From positions 46,252,001 through 46,316,000 of the forward strand of contig OX597834.1 in assembly GCA_951406725.2 (NCBI GenBank): a stretch of 64,000 nt of DNA. Direction: 5' to 3'. This document shows, piece by piece, positions 1-11,655 of this stretch. The DNA comes from Octopus vulgaris. Taxonomy: Eukaryota. The notes under the pieces are model-generated. The model was not told the DNA's origin. It worked only from the letters and a program-made list of their open reading frames with translations, and made no database searches. A program made the translations under genes and the position numbers. Positions within the stretch are counted from its first letter, which is position 1, and each line of letters begins with the position of its first letter.

Positions 1-1396
1 TATATAAATTTATTTATATAATATACATACATACACATATATACACACACACGTTTACAAGGACTACCATATATATATATATATATACATACATGTGTAT
101 ATGTATATACGTATATGTATGTAATATATATATATATATATATATATGCATATTTACAATTGTATATATACATCTATATGTATATGTATATTTATGTATA
201 TATGTGTGTGTATGTATGTGTGCATGTATGTGTGATATATGTATATATATATATGTTATATGTTATAGATCATTATATACTAATGATGTGTGTGTATGTG
301 CGCGTGTGTGAGTGTTCATATTTGTCTTTCTATCTCGTGTGTTCGGATCTATACCAATGTATATACAGAGATCCGTAGACGTATGTGTGCATATGTACCT
401 GTATGAATGCATACCTTCATAAGCTACTATAAGCGCATGAGCGTGTGTATATATATGTGTCTGCATATACCTCCATGTGTGAACGTGAAGGCATATATGT
501 GCGGGAGTGTGTACGATCTTTTACTTAATATTTCATTTCCGAAATAATGAAATTTGGGGAAAAAAAATCATTAAAAAAAATTCATATTTCATATCAAATT
601 TAATTTTAATTTAAATTAAAAATTGTGTAACGACAGAGTTATTTATTTCATTTTATATTACTTCGTTTCATTATATTTTATTTTATTTTATTTTCAAACT
701 GGTTTTTCATTCGGTATAATTTGCTCGTTTTACTTGTTGATATTTTTTAAAATTGTTAAATAATTTTTCTTTTTAAATCTTTTGGTTTTTCTCTCTTGTA
801 CGACTTCTTCGGTGCGAATTATAGAGCGCTATATAAGTCCTCGAAGGATTGGTCAAATGAGATAGGGTAGCGTTCTTAGAATCTTCGGTTTTATTAACTA
901 CATTAGTGAAATAAATTGGTTTCCACCGAGAATCTTGGAATTCATAGGCTCTAGCTCTTTCATTACTCAAATTATTTAAAAGATTTCCACAGCATCTTTG
1001 CGTGTGTATATTTATGCTCATATACATGTATGTATGTATGTACGTATGTATGTATGTACGTACGTACGTACGTACGTATGTATGTATGTATGTATGTATG
1101 TATGTATGTATGTGTGTATGTGTGTATGTATGTATGTACGTATATATGTATGTGTGTATGTATGTGTGTATGTATGTATGTGTGTATGTGTGTATGTATG
1201 TATGTATGTATGTATGTATGTATGTACGTACGTATGTATGTATGTGTGTATGTATGTGTGTATGTATGTATGTTTGTATGTATGTATGTATGTATGTATG
1301 TATTTCTATGTATGTATGTATGTGCGTACGTATGTATGTATATATGCATCTCTCTATCTAACTAGCTATCAATCTCCCTGTCTATCTATCTAACTA

Positions 1397-1605
1397 TTTA
1401 GGTCCTCTTTCGTTTCTATTATTTCAAAATCTTTTTGCAAGGAAGGAACTACTTTCTAAGAAAGATCATTGAAATGCAGAAAACACAACGCATTTTGAAT
1501 TCGGAACAGTTTTGCATATTTTTAGCGTTCCTCTTACAAATTACATTTGCAATGCGCCAGTTAGCTGGTTGGTTTCTTTTTATGAGAAGAAATTACCAAA
1601 ATCAT
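1397..1605 (-). mobile_element. 3' end of R4-like REL-type LINE (family B), degraded
   Basis: Minus strand KETNQLTGALQM*FVRGTLKICKTV resembles the C-terminus REIDRLVRTLQVQSVSGIGKICNTF at about 41790-41860. The 3'UTR is shared with 4636-4766. Confidence 0.6.
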
Positions 1606-1860
1606 ACGTATGGGTGTGTTTCATGTATGTATGTATGTATGTATGTATGTATGTATATATGTATGTATTATGCATCTGTTTATCAATGTATCTGGCTATC
1701 ATTCTATCTATCTATCTATCTATCAATCTATCCATCTATCTATCTATCCATCTATCTATCTATCTATCCATCTATCTATCTATCCATCTATCTATCTATC
1801 TATCTATCTATCCATCTATCTATCTATCTATCTATGTATCTATCTATCTATCCATCTATC

Positions 1861-1955
1861 GTTTCTAACTTATGTGACTTTATGTCATTTAAGAGGTACC
1901 CTTGTTTCCAAGGGGACCCCAAGCCACGCGCATTTACACAACCAATCTTGATCAT
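1861..1955 (-). pseudogene. ORF2 N-terminus (start of APE endonuclease), truncated after 31 codons
   Basis: Translates MIKIGCVNARGLGSPWKQGYLLNDIKSHKLE, matching the first APE motif (I.S.N.RGL). Runs into (GATA)n and stops. Confidence 0.8.
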
Positions 1956-3982
1956 AGTTCTAATGAATTAGAATACAGAGGGTTACTTACTGCTTTCTCC
2001 TCCGTTGGTTTGTCCTCGAGTAGATCCCAGTACAGTTTCTTTGTGAGATATTTTTGGCATTTACCAACCGCACTGGGGAAAATGCCTTTGAGTGTGTGGT
2101 GCAGACTTTTGGAGATGTGTAATATTTTGATGTGGTCTGGTGGTGTTGTGTATGGGTGATTGTTTGTTTTTATGTCATCTTCTGTTATGTTTGTTTTTGA
2201 TTGGATGTATTCCATTAAATTTGTGTTTTTGGTGTCTATGGCTGTGAGCATGTTTGCTGTATATGTTTTGGTGGTGTTGGTGTGGCTGTTGTTTGCGTTG
2301 GGTTTTGAAATGTCTTCGGGAGATGTATTTCCCCCTGCTTTGTTCGTGTTTGCATTTGGTTTGGTTGTGTTTCTGCTCTTTATTTTCCTTCTTTTTGTAG
2401 CTATTTGCCATTCCTCACTGGTTTCGTCTTCCGACGAAATTTCTGAGGAATCAGAAGGGGGTAGGGGTATGTTGTGGGCTTCTATGTATGTCTGTGTAAG
2501 TGGTTGTGTTGTTGTTTTCGTTGTTGTTGGTTGTTGAGTGTTTGTGTGTGTTGAGTGCGGTATAAGGGATGGGGGATCAGTTTGTGTGTGTTTTCTTTGT
2601 TTTTCTGTTCCTTTGGGTTTTGCTGTTGTTGGTGGTGTTGGTATTTTTCCAGGTGTTGAGTGGTTTTTGGTTGATGACGGATTAGCTTGGTGTGCTTCTC
2701 TTGTCGTCTTCTGTGTTGATGGTGGTGTGGGTAGTAGAGCTTTTTTTCCGGAGTGCTTTGGTTGTGGTAGTGGTTGTTGTTGTTGCTCTTGGTGTGCAGT
2801 GGTTGGGCACGTCTTTTTCAAGTGTGTTTCGCTTCCACACAAATAGCAGCGTGGTCGCCTGCCCTCAACCACTATATAGAGTTTGTAGCCTCCTGGCAGT
2901 TCTATAGAGGTGGGTATCTTCTCTCTTGCTGCTTCATCCAATTGAAGCAGGAATTCGATTGATTTGCCCACATAGTCTTTCTCTCCTAGAACCGCGATTT
3001 CCAGGATGTTTGTCTCTGACATTGTCTCTGACATTTCAAAGCAGATGGCAGAGACCAACCATTGTGTTTCGACATCAAATGGTATGTTTTTTATTTGGAC
3101 TTTCGTGACCCTTTTGTTTAAATAGACTGGTATCATTACCAAGTCGTCCGAATGTAGCTCCAATGTGGAAAAACGTTTTGCTAAACTTTCGTTGAGGAAA
3201 CGTACTTGGACTGTACCAAATTTGTTTCCCCAACTGATATATTCCTTGGAGTCCCATGCAGGACGAAGGCATTTTTCGATTTTTTCCTGCGGTGCGTTTT
3301 CTGTTCTTCTTGTTTTTTTGTTTATTACTTTATAAATTATTGTTTTTTTTTTGGTGTTTTCCACGATGTGTTGTGGAATGTGAAGGTGCAATTTGTCTCC
3401 TTCTTTGGAGAAGAGTGCCTTTGTGCGGTTTATCTCTTGTGTGGTGAATGTTACAATTGTTCTTTTTTGTTTTGTTACGTCCGCAAAATTCGTTTTGAAT
3501 TTGGCAGTAGAAGTGTTAATTGTGGCAGTGTTAATTGAAGTCATGGTAGTGGTGTTGGTGTTGGCGGTATTAGCAGTAGAAGGCTTGGATGTAGCATTTG
3601 ACGTCGTAGTAGTGGTGTTGGTGTTGGCGGTGTTGTCTTTGGTAGGCGGCTTTGTGCCAATTTCGTTGTTGTTGTTGTTGGTGGTGATGGTGGTGGTGCT
3701 GGCATTCATGTTTTCGTTTGTATTCATTTTTGAAATCCCTTTCTCTGTCCCTTTATCATCAACAAGTGGTGTGGGGAGTGAGGGGAAATCTAAGTTAATG
3801 TCTTTGGTCGCGGCGATGGTGAATGCGGCGTTAGATTTGTTGTTGTTGTTGGTGGTGGTGGTGATGGTGGTGACAGCGGTGTTCACGCTGCGATGTTTAG
3901 TAGTTAGTGGTAGCAATAGTGTTTTGCTACCGTTCTGCATGACTGGCGGGCTAGCCACGTGGTTTCTAGTTGCCATTTTCAA
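1952..3982 (-). CDS. Tx1-type ORF1 (gag-like nucleic-acid-binding protein with RRM-like region and CCHC zinc knuckle)
   Basis: Uninterrupted 676 aa. VTKVQIKNIPFDV and IPTSIELPGGYKLYIVVEGRRPRCYLCGSETHLKKTCP (CX2CX4HX4C) are typical of Tx1/L1 ORF1; T/N/P-rich low-complexity termini. Confidence 0.88.
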   Translation of the reverse strand: MKMATRNHVASPPVMQNGSKTLLLPLTTKHRSVNTAVTTITTTTNNNNKSNAAFTIAATKDINLDFPSLPTPLVDDKGTEKGISKMNTNENMNASTTTITTNNNNNEIGTKPPTKDNTANTNTTTTTSNATSKPSTANTANTNTTTMTSINTATINTSTAKFKTNFADVTKQKRTIVTFTTQEINRTKALFSKEGDKLHLHIPQHIVENTKKKTIIYKVINKKTRRTENAPQEKIEKCLRPAWDSKEYISWGNKFGTVQVRFLNESLAKRFSTLELHSDDLVMIPVYLNKRVTKVQIKNIPFDVETQWLVSAICFEMSETMSETNILEIAVLGEKDYVGKSIEFLLQLDEAAREKIPTSIELPGGYKLYIVVEGRRPRCYLCGSETHLKKTCPTTAHQEQQQQPLPQPKHSGKKALLPTPPSTQKTTREAHQANPSSTKNHSTPGKIPTPPTTAKPKGTEKQRKHTQTDPPSLIPHSTHTNTQQPTTTKTTTQPLTQTYIEAHNIPLPPSDSSEISSEDETSEEWQIATKRRKIKSRNTTKPNANTNKAGGNTSPEDISKPNANNSHTNTTKTYTANMLTAIDTKNTNLMEYIQSKTNITEDDIKTNNHPYTTPPDHIKILHISKSLHHTLKGIFPSAVGKCQKYLTKKLYWDLLEDKPTEEKAVSNPLYSNSLEL

Positions 3983-4230
3983 AATGAAAAATGGCTAAAA
4001 AACCCACGAAAGTTTTGAAAGTTTTTTTTGTAATTTCGCCCATACAGGGGCGGAATTCTACGTGAATAATTCTCAGGTTTTTTAGTGAATGAACTTGCAC
4101 AACGATTAAAACAAAATATTTGACAACAAGGAGTTTTAAACATGTAAAAGTGGCCAACTTACGTGGAGCCGATATGACTATCGTCCGTCCATTGTGAGTG
4201 AGATAGATCTATCTATCTATCCATCTATCC

Positions 4231-4261
<31 letters not shown>

Positions 4262-4290
4262 CATCTATCCATCTATCTATCTATCTATCC

Positions 4291-4332
<42 letters not shown>

Positions 4333-4333
4333 G

Positions 4334-4401
<68 letters not shown>

Positions 4402-4402
4402 C

Positions 4403-4446
<44 letters not shown>

Positions 4447-4455
4447 CCATCTATA

Positions 4456-4499
<44 letters not shown>

Positions 4500-4523
4500 C
4501 ATCTATCTATATATCTATCTATG

Positions 4524-4559
<36 letters not shown>

Positions 4560-4567
4560 ATCTATCC

Positions 4568-4598
<31 letters not shown>

Positions 4599-4635
4599 CA
4601 TCTATCCATCTATCTATCTATCTATCTATCTATAT

Positions 4636-4766
4636 AGGTCCTCTTCTGTTTTTTTTATTATTTCAAATATTTCTGTAAGGAAGGAACTGCTTTTTATGAA
4701 AGGTCATCGAAATGCAGAAAATAAACATATGTCAACACTTGAAATTGAGAAAAGTTTTGCATATTA
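4636..4766 (-). mobile_element. 3' end of R4-like REL-type LINE (family B), cut by a DNA transposon
   Basis: Visibly similar to 1397-1520 (aggtcctctt...ttatttcaaa...aaggaaggaact...gaaatgcagaaaa...gttttgcatatt). Encodes ICKTFLNFK on the minus strand and ends in (GATA)n. Confidence 0.6.
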
Positions 4767-6378
4767 CACTGGTCAACAAAACTTAATGTATTCTACTCAT
4801 TATGAATGTAAACAAACATTTTTAGACCAATTTCTCAGGTTGATTTCAACATTTCACTCCATTTGTATGCATCACATATCAGGCTTTCAGTAGACGCATG
4901 CAAATATTTACATATTTGTATTTATATGAAATCATTAACGTAATAAATAAGGAGATATTATTTTTAGAAAGTAAATGAGTTTATTGAGTTAAAAATCCTC
5001 ACTCTCATTCTACAAAGAGTGAATACACAAAGAATGGGTCGGACAAAACAAAGTTAGAAACATTGTGATTTGGATTTCCTGAAATGTTCCCGATCTTGTT
5101 GATCACGGTAAAGTGTCCAGCAGTAGTCAGCTAGCATACTGTCATTCCAAAAGCCTTGGTACCGCCTCTCCATAGCACTAATGTCCTGATGAAATCTTTC
5201 ACCCTGTTCATCAGACATTACTCCAAGGTTGTCTGCGAACAAATTTGCATGGGTTTCTTCCAAGAAGTGAACTTTCAGCGACATGCGACAACCCATTGCT
5301 GAATAACATTTCAGAAGATTCTTAATGCCATCTTTGTAATCCATTGCCTGCTGTCCAAGAAATTCTCACAAATCTAATTGCAGGCATTCCAAGCAGGCAG
5401 TTTCTGTTCATGCAGTGTTGTCCTGAAGTTGACATCTTTGAGGACTTCTCTAATTTGGGCTCCGACAAAGACACCCTCTTTCAACTTCGCCCGAGTGATT
5501 TCGGGAAACTTTTCTACAATATACTCAAACCCTCCGGCATTTCTCTTCCCTTCTGTCTTTACAAACTGTTTCATCAGTCCAAGCTTTATGTGCAAAGGAG
5601 GTAGTAGGACATTACATGGAGCTACAAGAGGTGTATTCTTGACGGTAGACAGTCCTGGCAGGTATGATGTTCTTGTCTGCCAGTTGATTCCCAATAATGT
5701 CTGTCAGTTTGCCCGACTATCCCATAGACACAAGAAACAACAGTATTTTGTGGAACCTGACTGCATTCCCATTAATATTCCAATGACTTTTAAATCTCCA
5801 CATATTTTCCATGACTATCTTTCATGGGCAATGGCAGGAAGTAAATGTTCCATATTCTCATATGATTCATGAATATGAACGGAGTGTACAATAGGAATGG
5901 AGGGCTTCAAATTACCATTATGGAGAAGTAGAGCTTTTAAACTTCTTTTGAAGAGTCATAAATAAACGCCACTCTGCAGGATCATGATTTTGTGATAAAC
6001 ATTCGAAAAGTCCATCGATGTTCATGAAAAAGCAAAGCGGGCCTTCAACAGAAAAACGCGTTTGTAGAACCGCATTTCTTTGCTGAAAATAAGTTATACG
6101 AACACGGTGCTCTCGCAGTTATTTCCCGTTCAGTCTTGATGCCAACAGTTCTGCTTTATCTTTTGAGGGGGGTAGGTCTCTGACAAGGTCATTCAGTTCA
6201 GCGTGGGAAAATTTCCGAGGTTCAAAGCTATCGCCATCAACCACGTAATCTTCCTCAGCAGCACTATCGTGACACTGTCATCATCTGACGTTTCAATACC
6301 ATCATCTGGTGGAACTGGAATTGGCAGACTTCCATTGTGAGGCAAAGGTCTCATTGCAGAATCCAAATTAGGATTAGG
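4767..6378 (-). mobile_element. Degraded DNA transposon, Chapaev3-like (CMC/Transib-related) transposase pseudogene
   Basis: Frameshifted motifs PNLDSAMRPLPH, TKYCCFLCLWDSRA, LLPPLHIKLGLMKQFVK and SDEQGERFHQDISAMERRYQGFWNDSMLADYCWTL. Putative terminus CACTGGTCAACAAAA at 4767. Superfamily assignment is from memory of the motifs. Confidence 0.65.
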
Positions 6379-6596
6379 TTGTGGTCAGTAAGGAAGCTAA
6401 TTACCACACAGCGACTCATATGCCTATGTATATAACTTTCAACTTATTAGTAGAACCCACACACACACACACACGCACACACACACACACACACATACAC
6501 ATGCACACACATGCCCATCGTGTTTGCCTTGGAATTGAAACTGGTTCTACGTTGTTATTAAATATATTTCCTAAGCACATAGCCATGGCAACAGTT

Positions 6597-6645
<49 letters not shown>

Positions 6646-6973
6646 GTGCGTGCGTGTGTGTGTGTGTGTGTGAAGAATAGCTGTGTACTTGAGTTGAGCA
6701 TTGTCGGAGTTGTTGTTTCAATTTCTGTTGTTGTTGTTTTTTAGTGGTGATGCTGATGTTGTTCTTGGTGCTGTTTTCGTTGATGCCGCGGTTGCTGCTG
6801 TTGCTGTCGTAGCGAGTGTTCTGTTGTGGTCTTTCTTTCATAGAATATAAATATGTTTCTTTGATAAAGTATCCTATTCATTTCCGACTGACATTAAAGA
6901 TATTTAGACATTTTTTGACGTAAGAAAAAAAGTACATAAACATGTGCAATACGTACACACACACACATATTTA

Positions 6974-7006
<33 letters not shown>

Positions 7007-7188
7007 GCATAAATATATATCTACATATATATATATAAATGCACGTATATATATAAATGCATATATTTGTATAGTGAATAATAAATACATATGTATATGC
7101 ATCTATATATATACAGATATACATATATATAAGCAAACATATATACATATATATATATATATACACACATTTATACACATGAATAAAT

Positions 7189-7223
<35 letters not shown>

Positions 7224-7326
7224 ATATAGATAAATCTGCGTGAATAGATATCGGTATATATCTTTTTCTGTAAACATACATGCATATAGAAGCAAAATAC
7301 GTAACTAGTATATATATATCTCTCTC

Positions 7327-7379
<53 letters not shown>

Positions 7380-7413
7380 GTAATGGATATATATACATAT
7401 ATATATATGTATA

Positions 7414-7481
<68 letters not shown>

Positions 7482-7697
7482 AATATATATTGTATGTATA
7501 AATACATATATACAAGTGTATATATATATGTATGTCTTTATACATATGTATATTCACTTATGTTTATGTATGTGCGTATGTATATATGCATGTGTGTACA
7601 TACATCTTCGCTTCATGTGATTTGAAAAGTATTTAGGTCATACACTGAATCCTGCACATTAAGTAAACATATACATTTATTATTATTATTATCATTA

Positions 7698-7785
<88 letters not shown>

Positions 7786-8166
7786 CATTATTATTATTAT
7801 TATTATTATCATTATTATTACTATTATTATTATAATCATCATCATCATCATCATTGTTGTTGTTTTTGTATTAATACAAGTACTAGTAGTATAACTGTAT
7901 TAGTCGTAGTGCATTTACGTATGTATGCATATATGCATGCATGTATTTATATGTAAGTATCATATGTAGAAATAAAGCGCGTGTCTTTTTCCACATACAC
8001 AGTTTCATTCACGTGTACGTGTGTATGCTTATCTGTTTATGTATCTATATATATATATAAATTTAACCTTTGAAGGTATTTTTTAATACTCTAGACGTTG
8101 ATAAAAAAAATTTTTTCGAAAAAATTTTATCCTACATTAGATGTATATATATATATATATATATAT

Positions 8167-8349
8167 AGTGAGAATTTATAAAAGAGCAAAAGACGAAGAC
8201 GGGTGTGTATGCAACGAACAGATGTATTAGTTTAATGTTCGGGAAGTGAGAAAGTATTTTACGCTCTTCAACAGAAAGGAACGCAGAAATAAACAGGGAG
8301 AGAAAATAGAAAAGGGTTTAGTGGCTAGCGATCTATCATGGCGAAATTG
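8167..8349 (-). mobile_element. ~200-bp interspersed repeat abutting (TA)n (family H), with internal deletion
   Basis: Reverse-complement match to 39062-39258 and 46972-47166; lacks the GGCTCGAAACGT part of the hairpin. Confidence 0.8.
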
Positions 8350-8375
8350 TATACATACGTTCATACATACATACA

Positions 8376-8449
<74 letters not shown>

Positions 8450-8533
8450 CATATACATATATATATATTTGTATGTTTGTATGTATATATGTATGTATCT
8501 ATCATGGCGAAATTGTATATATATATATATATG

Positions 8534-8577
<44 letters not shown>

Positions 8578-8672
8578 GTATGCATGTATGCATGTATGTA
8601 TGCATATTTACATATGTATGTGTGCCTGTGTCTGTGCATGAATGAATGTGTCTATCTGCATATGTGTACATG

Positions 8673-8885
8673 AGGGTGCGCGGTCCAGCGGTTAAGGATA
8701 TTGCACTAGCGACAGCCAGACCGTTGGCTTGATTCCCCGACCCGGCGGTGCGTAGTGTTCTTGAGCAAAATACATCTTCGACGGTGTTTTCTAATCACTT
8801 TCTAATCTGCCGTTTGGAACACTAATGCATCTGCACTGGCATTGCCTATTTGATGTGGGATATGAGCTAATTTAGAGCTTAAACC
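8673..8885 (+). mobile_element. tRNA-derived SINE, degraded (family S3)
   Basis: tRNA-like head (gcgcggtccagcggttaagg...gattcccc) followed by gtgttcttgagcaaaa. Similar pieces at about 11095-11150, 18392-18450 and 63167-63330. Confidence 0.55.
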
Positions 8886-9387
8886 TTTGATTACTATAAG
8901 CAAATTATGTGTACAAGTTGTTTATGTGTGTGTGTGTGTCTGCGTGTATATATACATACATATATATATATATATATTTTGCTCAAACAAAAAAAAACAT
9001 CTCTACTTATAGAAAATGGCATACAGCGGCCTATGAAAATACCCATACAACAACTTAGGACAACCCAAGGAGGAGGAAAACAAGGACAAGTCATACCATT
9101 CATAGTGACACACAACCCATGTCACCAGAATATCTTCAACATTGCCAAAGCAAACCTACCAATCATTGCTCAAAGTAATGAATTACAAGATATAATCACG
9201 GATCGAGCTATGGTTCTTAGTAAAAGACTTGAAAAAATTACTAACAAAGGCAAAATTTGACCTTAGCAACAAAGACCAAATATTCACCGTATCTAAATGC
9301 AATGATAGATGATGTGGCACATGCCAATTCATACATACCGGCCAATATATAAACACAAAAACCGGGAAAATATTCACGAACGCGAAT

Positions 9388-9678
9388 ATGAACTGCAAAA
9401 GCAGAAATTTAATTTACTGCATCAAATGCCCAAATTGTGAAGAAATATATGTAGGTCAGACGAGAAATACACTATCAGAACGCTCACGTGTACACCGACA
9501 ACAGATTAGAAACCCAAAAGTCCGTCAGATATCTTTGAGTAACTACCTAGCAACATGTGGTCGGAAAATATATATAATATTTCCATTCTACAAATTACAC
9601 AGCCCAAGTGAAATCGAGAGGAAAATCAGAGAAAAGAATTTTATTGATAAATTCGAGCCCAAGCTAAATAAGCAATAA
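9388..9678 (+). pseudogene. GIY-YIG endonuclease domain of Penelope-like element
   Basis: LIY...YVGQT...L.ER...H motif in a 96-aa open fragment. Confidence 0.88.
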
Positions 9679-10161
9679 TAATAATACTTAGAGGTACTAC
9701 TTCTACTGCTACGACCATGACCACTAACAACAACAACAATATTAAAGGTGATCAAGATGAAGATAGCAGGAAAATTATCTTATTTAGGGTTAAAAGTTCT
9801 ATTGCCACCACCATCACCACTAGCAACAATAATTAAGGTGCTGACAATGAAGATGATGACAATTGAAATATAAAAATCCCTGACAAAGGCTATTTACAAC
9901 ATTTCTAAAAATAGCCCAAGTGCTGCCTGGGCCAGGGTCAAGATACAGGACTCTTGACCTGTCCAACAAAGCGTGACGCCTAAACCAATCAGCTCAACCA
10001 ACCAATCAGCTTAAGTAATTGAGTGATACTACACACTGATTGATCAGAATACAGTTTGCAAAACATAGCAGTCTGAAGCCCATACAGGTGTATTTAAGGC
10101 ACAGATTTAACCATCTCGCTACAGTCAAAAATTGTGAAGCATGACTGTCACCACTACTACA

Positions 10162-10206
10162 TGAACCTGAAGATTGCATAATTTAATGCATGAAAGTACT
10201 AGTTCA
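10162..10206 (+). ncRNA. Minimal type-I hammerhead ribozyme motif (PLE-associated)
   Basis: TGAAC-CTGAAGA-TTGCAT aattta ATGCAT-GAAA-GTAC-TA-GTTCA. 5-bp helix I, intact core, palindromic GTAC loop in helix III, one U.U mismatch closing helix II. Confidence 0.8.
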
Positions 10207-10325
10207 ATCAGAATGAACATTTAATATTCTACTATTTTATTTTATTCTATTGTATTATCTTATATTATATCATTATAAGATTGTAAATAAAACATGAAAA
10301 TCAGACAAGGTCGGAAATCCTTTTA

Positions 10326-10378
<53 letters not shown>

Positions 10379-10462
10379 ATGTATATATATATACATATAT
10401 ATGTGTATGTGTGCAAATATGTATATATATATATATATATATATACATATATGTATAAATTC

Positions 10463-10493
<31 letters not shown>

Positions 10494-10815
10494 CGTGCAA
10501 ATATATTTATATACATACATACATCCATACATACCTACGTATAAATGGATGAAACGAGGTCTACCTTGATATATTGTCGTCGGTGATTGATGGTGAAATC
10601 ATATTTGTCAAATTTCGTTTAGCGATTTTTCATCATCAATCTTTATTCACCATCTCCAATTTTGTCTGCCACATAAAATTATTCTCTGTGCTCAATACAC
10701 ACGCAGTCATTTAGGCACACAGATATACATATATACATACACACGCACGCCCGTACACAAATACATACATGCATAAATACGTATCATAAATATAGATATA
10801 AATATATACCTATAG

Positions 10816-10903
<88 letters not shown>

Positions 10904-11018
10904 GATATTCATATGTCGCATGTCAATTTCTATTTTATGTGGCTTGTGAATCTAATATTTATTACTTCCATTACTTCCTTGTAACTACATATACATTCTC
11001 TGGATACATTAGCTATAA

Positions 11019-11092
<74 letters not shown>

Positions 11093-11252
11093 TTGTTAGA
11101 TTGTGGTCTTGATTCCCTGACTGGGTGTTTCGTTGTTTTTGAGCAAAATCTTTCTGCAAGGATCCTGTGGATAGTTGTTGACCTTTGAAGAGATTTGCTG
11201 CCTCGAAAATAAAATAAACTGTTAATTAAATTAGCATGAACGTATGTAGCAT

Positions 11253-11652
<400 letters not shown>

Positions 11653-11655
<3 letters not shown>

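Larger units (their letters stand above)
1861..4200 (-). mobile_element. Tx1/L1-clade non-LTR retrotransposon, 5' portion (5'UTR + ORF1 + start of ORF2), 3'-truncated
   Basis: About 220 bp of non-repetitive leader, a 676-aa ORF1, then an ORF2 start overlapping the ORF1 stop (ATGA). Bounded on both sides by (CTAT)n arrays (about 1700-1860 and 4209-4632). Confidence 0.88.
8985..10325 (+). mobile_element. Penelope-like element, 3' part (RT C-terminal linker, GIY-YIG endonuclease, pLTR with hammerhead)
   Basis: VIPFIVTHNP, then C..C linker and NCKSRNLIYCIKCPNCEEIYVGQTRNTLSERSRVHRQQIR...REKNFIDKFEPKLN. Stops and frameshifts present; inserted between (TA)n tracts. Confidence 0.9.

Noticed and set aside
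1397-4766. Similar sequences at 1397-1520 and 4636-4766 as LTRs or target duplications of the ORF1 element
   Set aside because: They are much more diverged than the intact ORF implies, lie outside the microsatellite flanks, and match the 3' end of a separate REL-type LINE.
5185-5220. Minus-strand CTGATGA-AC agg GT-GAAA hammerhead-like string
   Set aside because: It is the codon sequence of the conserved transposase motif SDEQGERFH, and there is no helix I.
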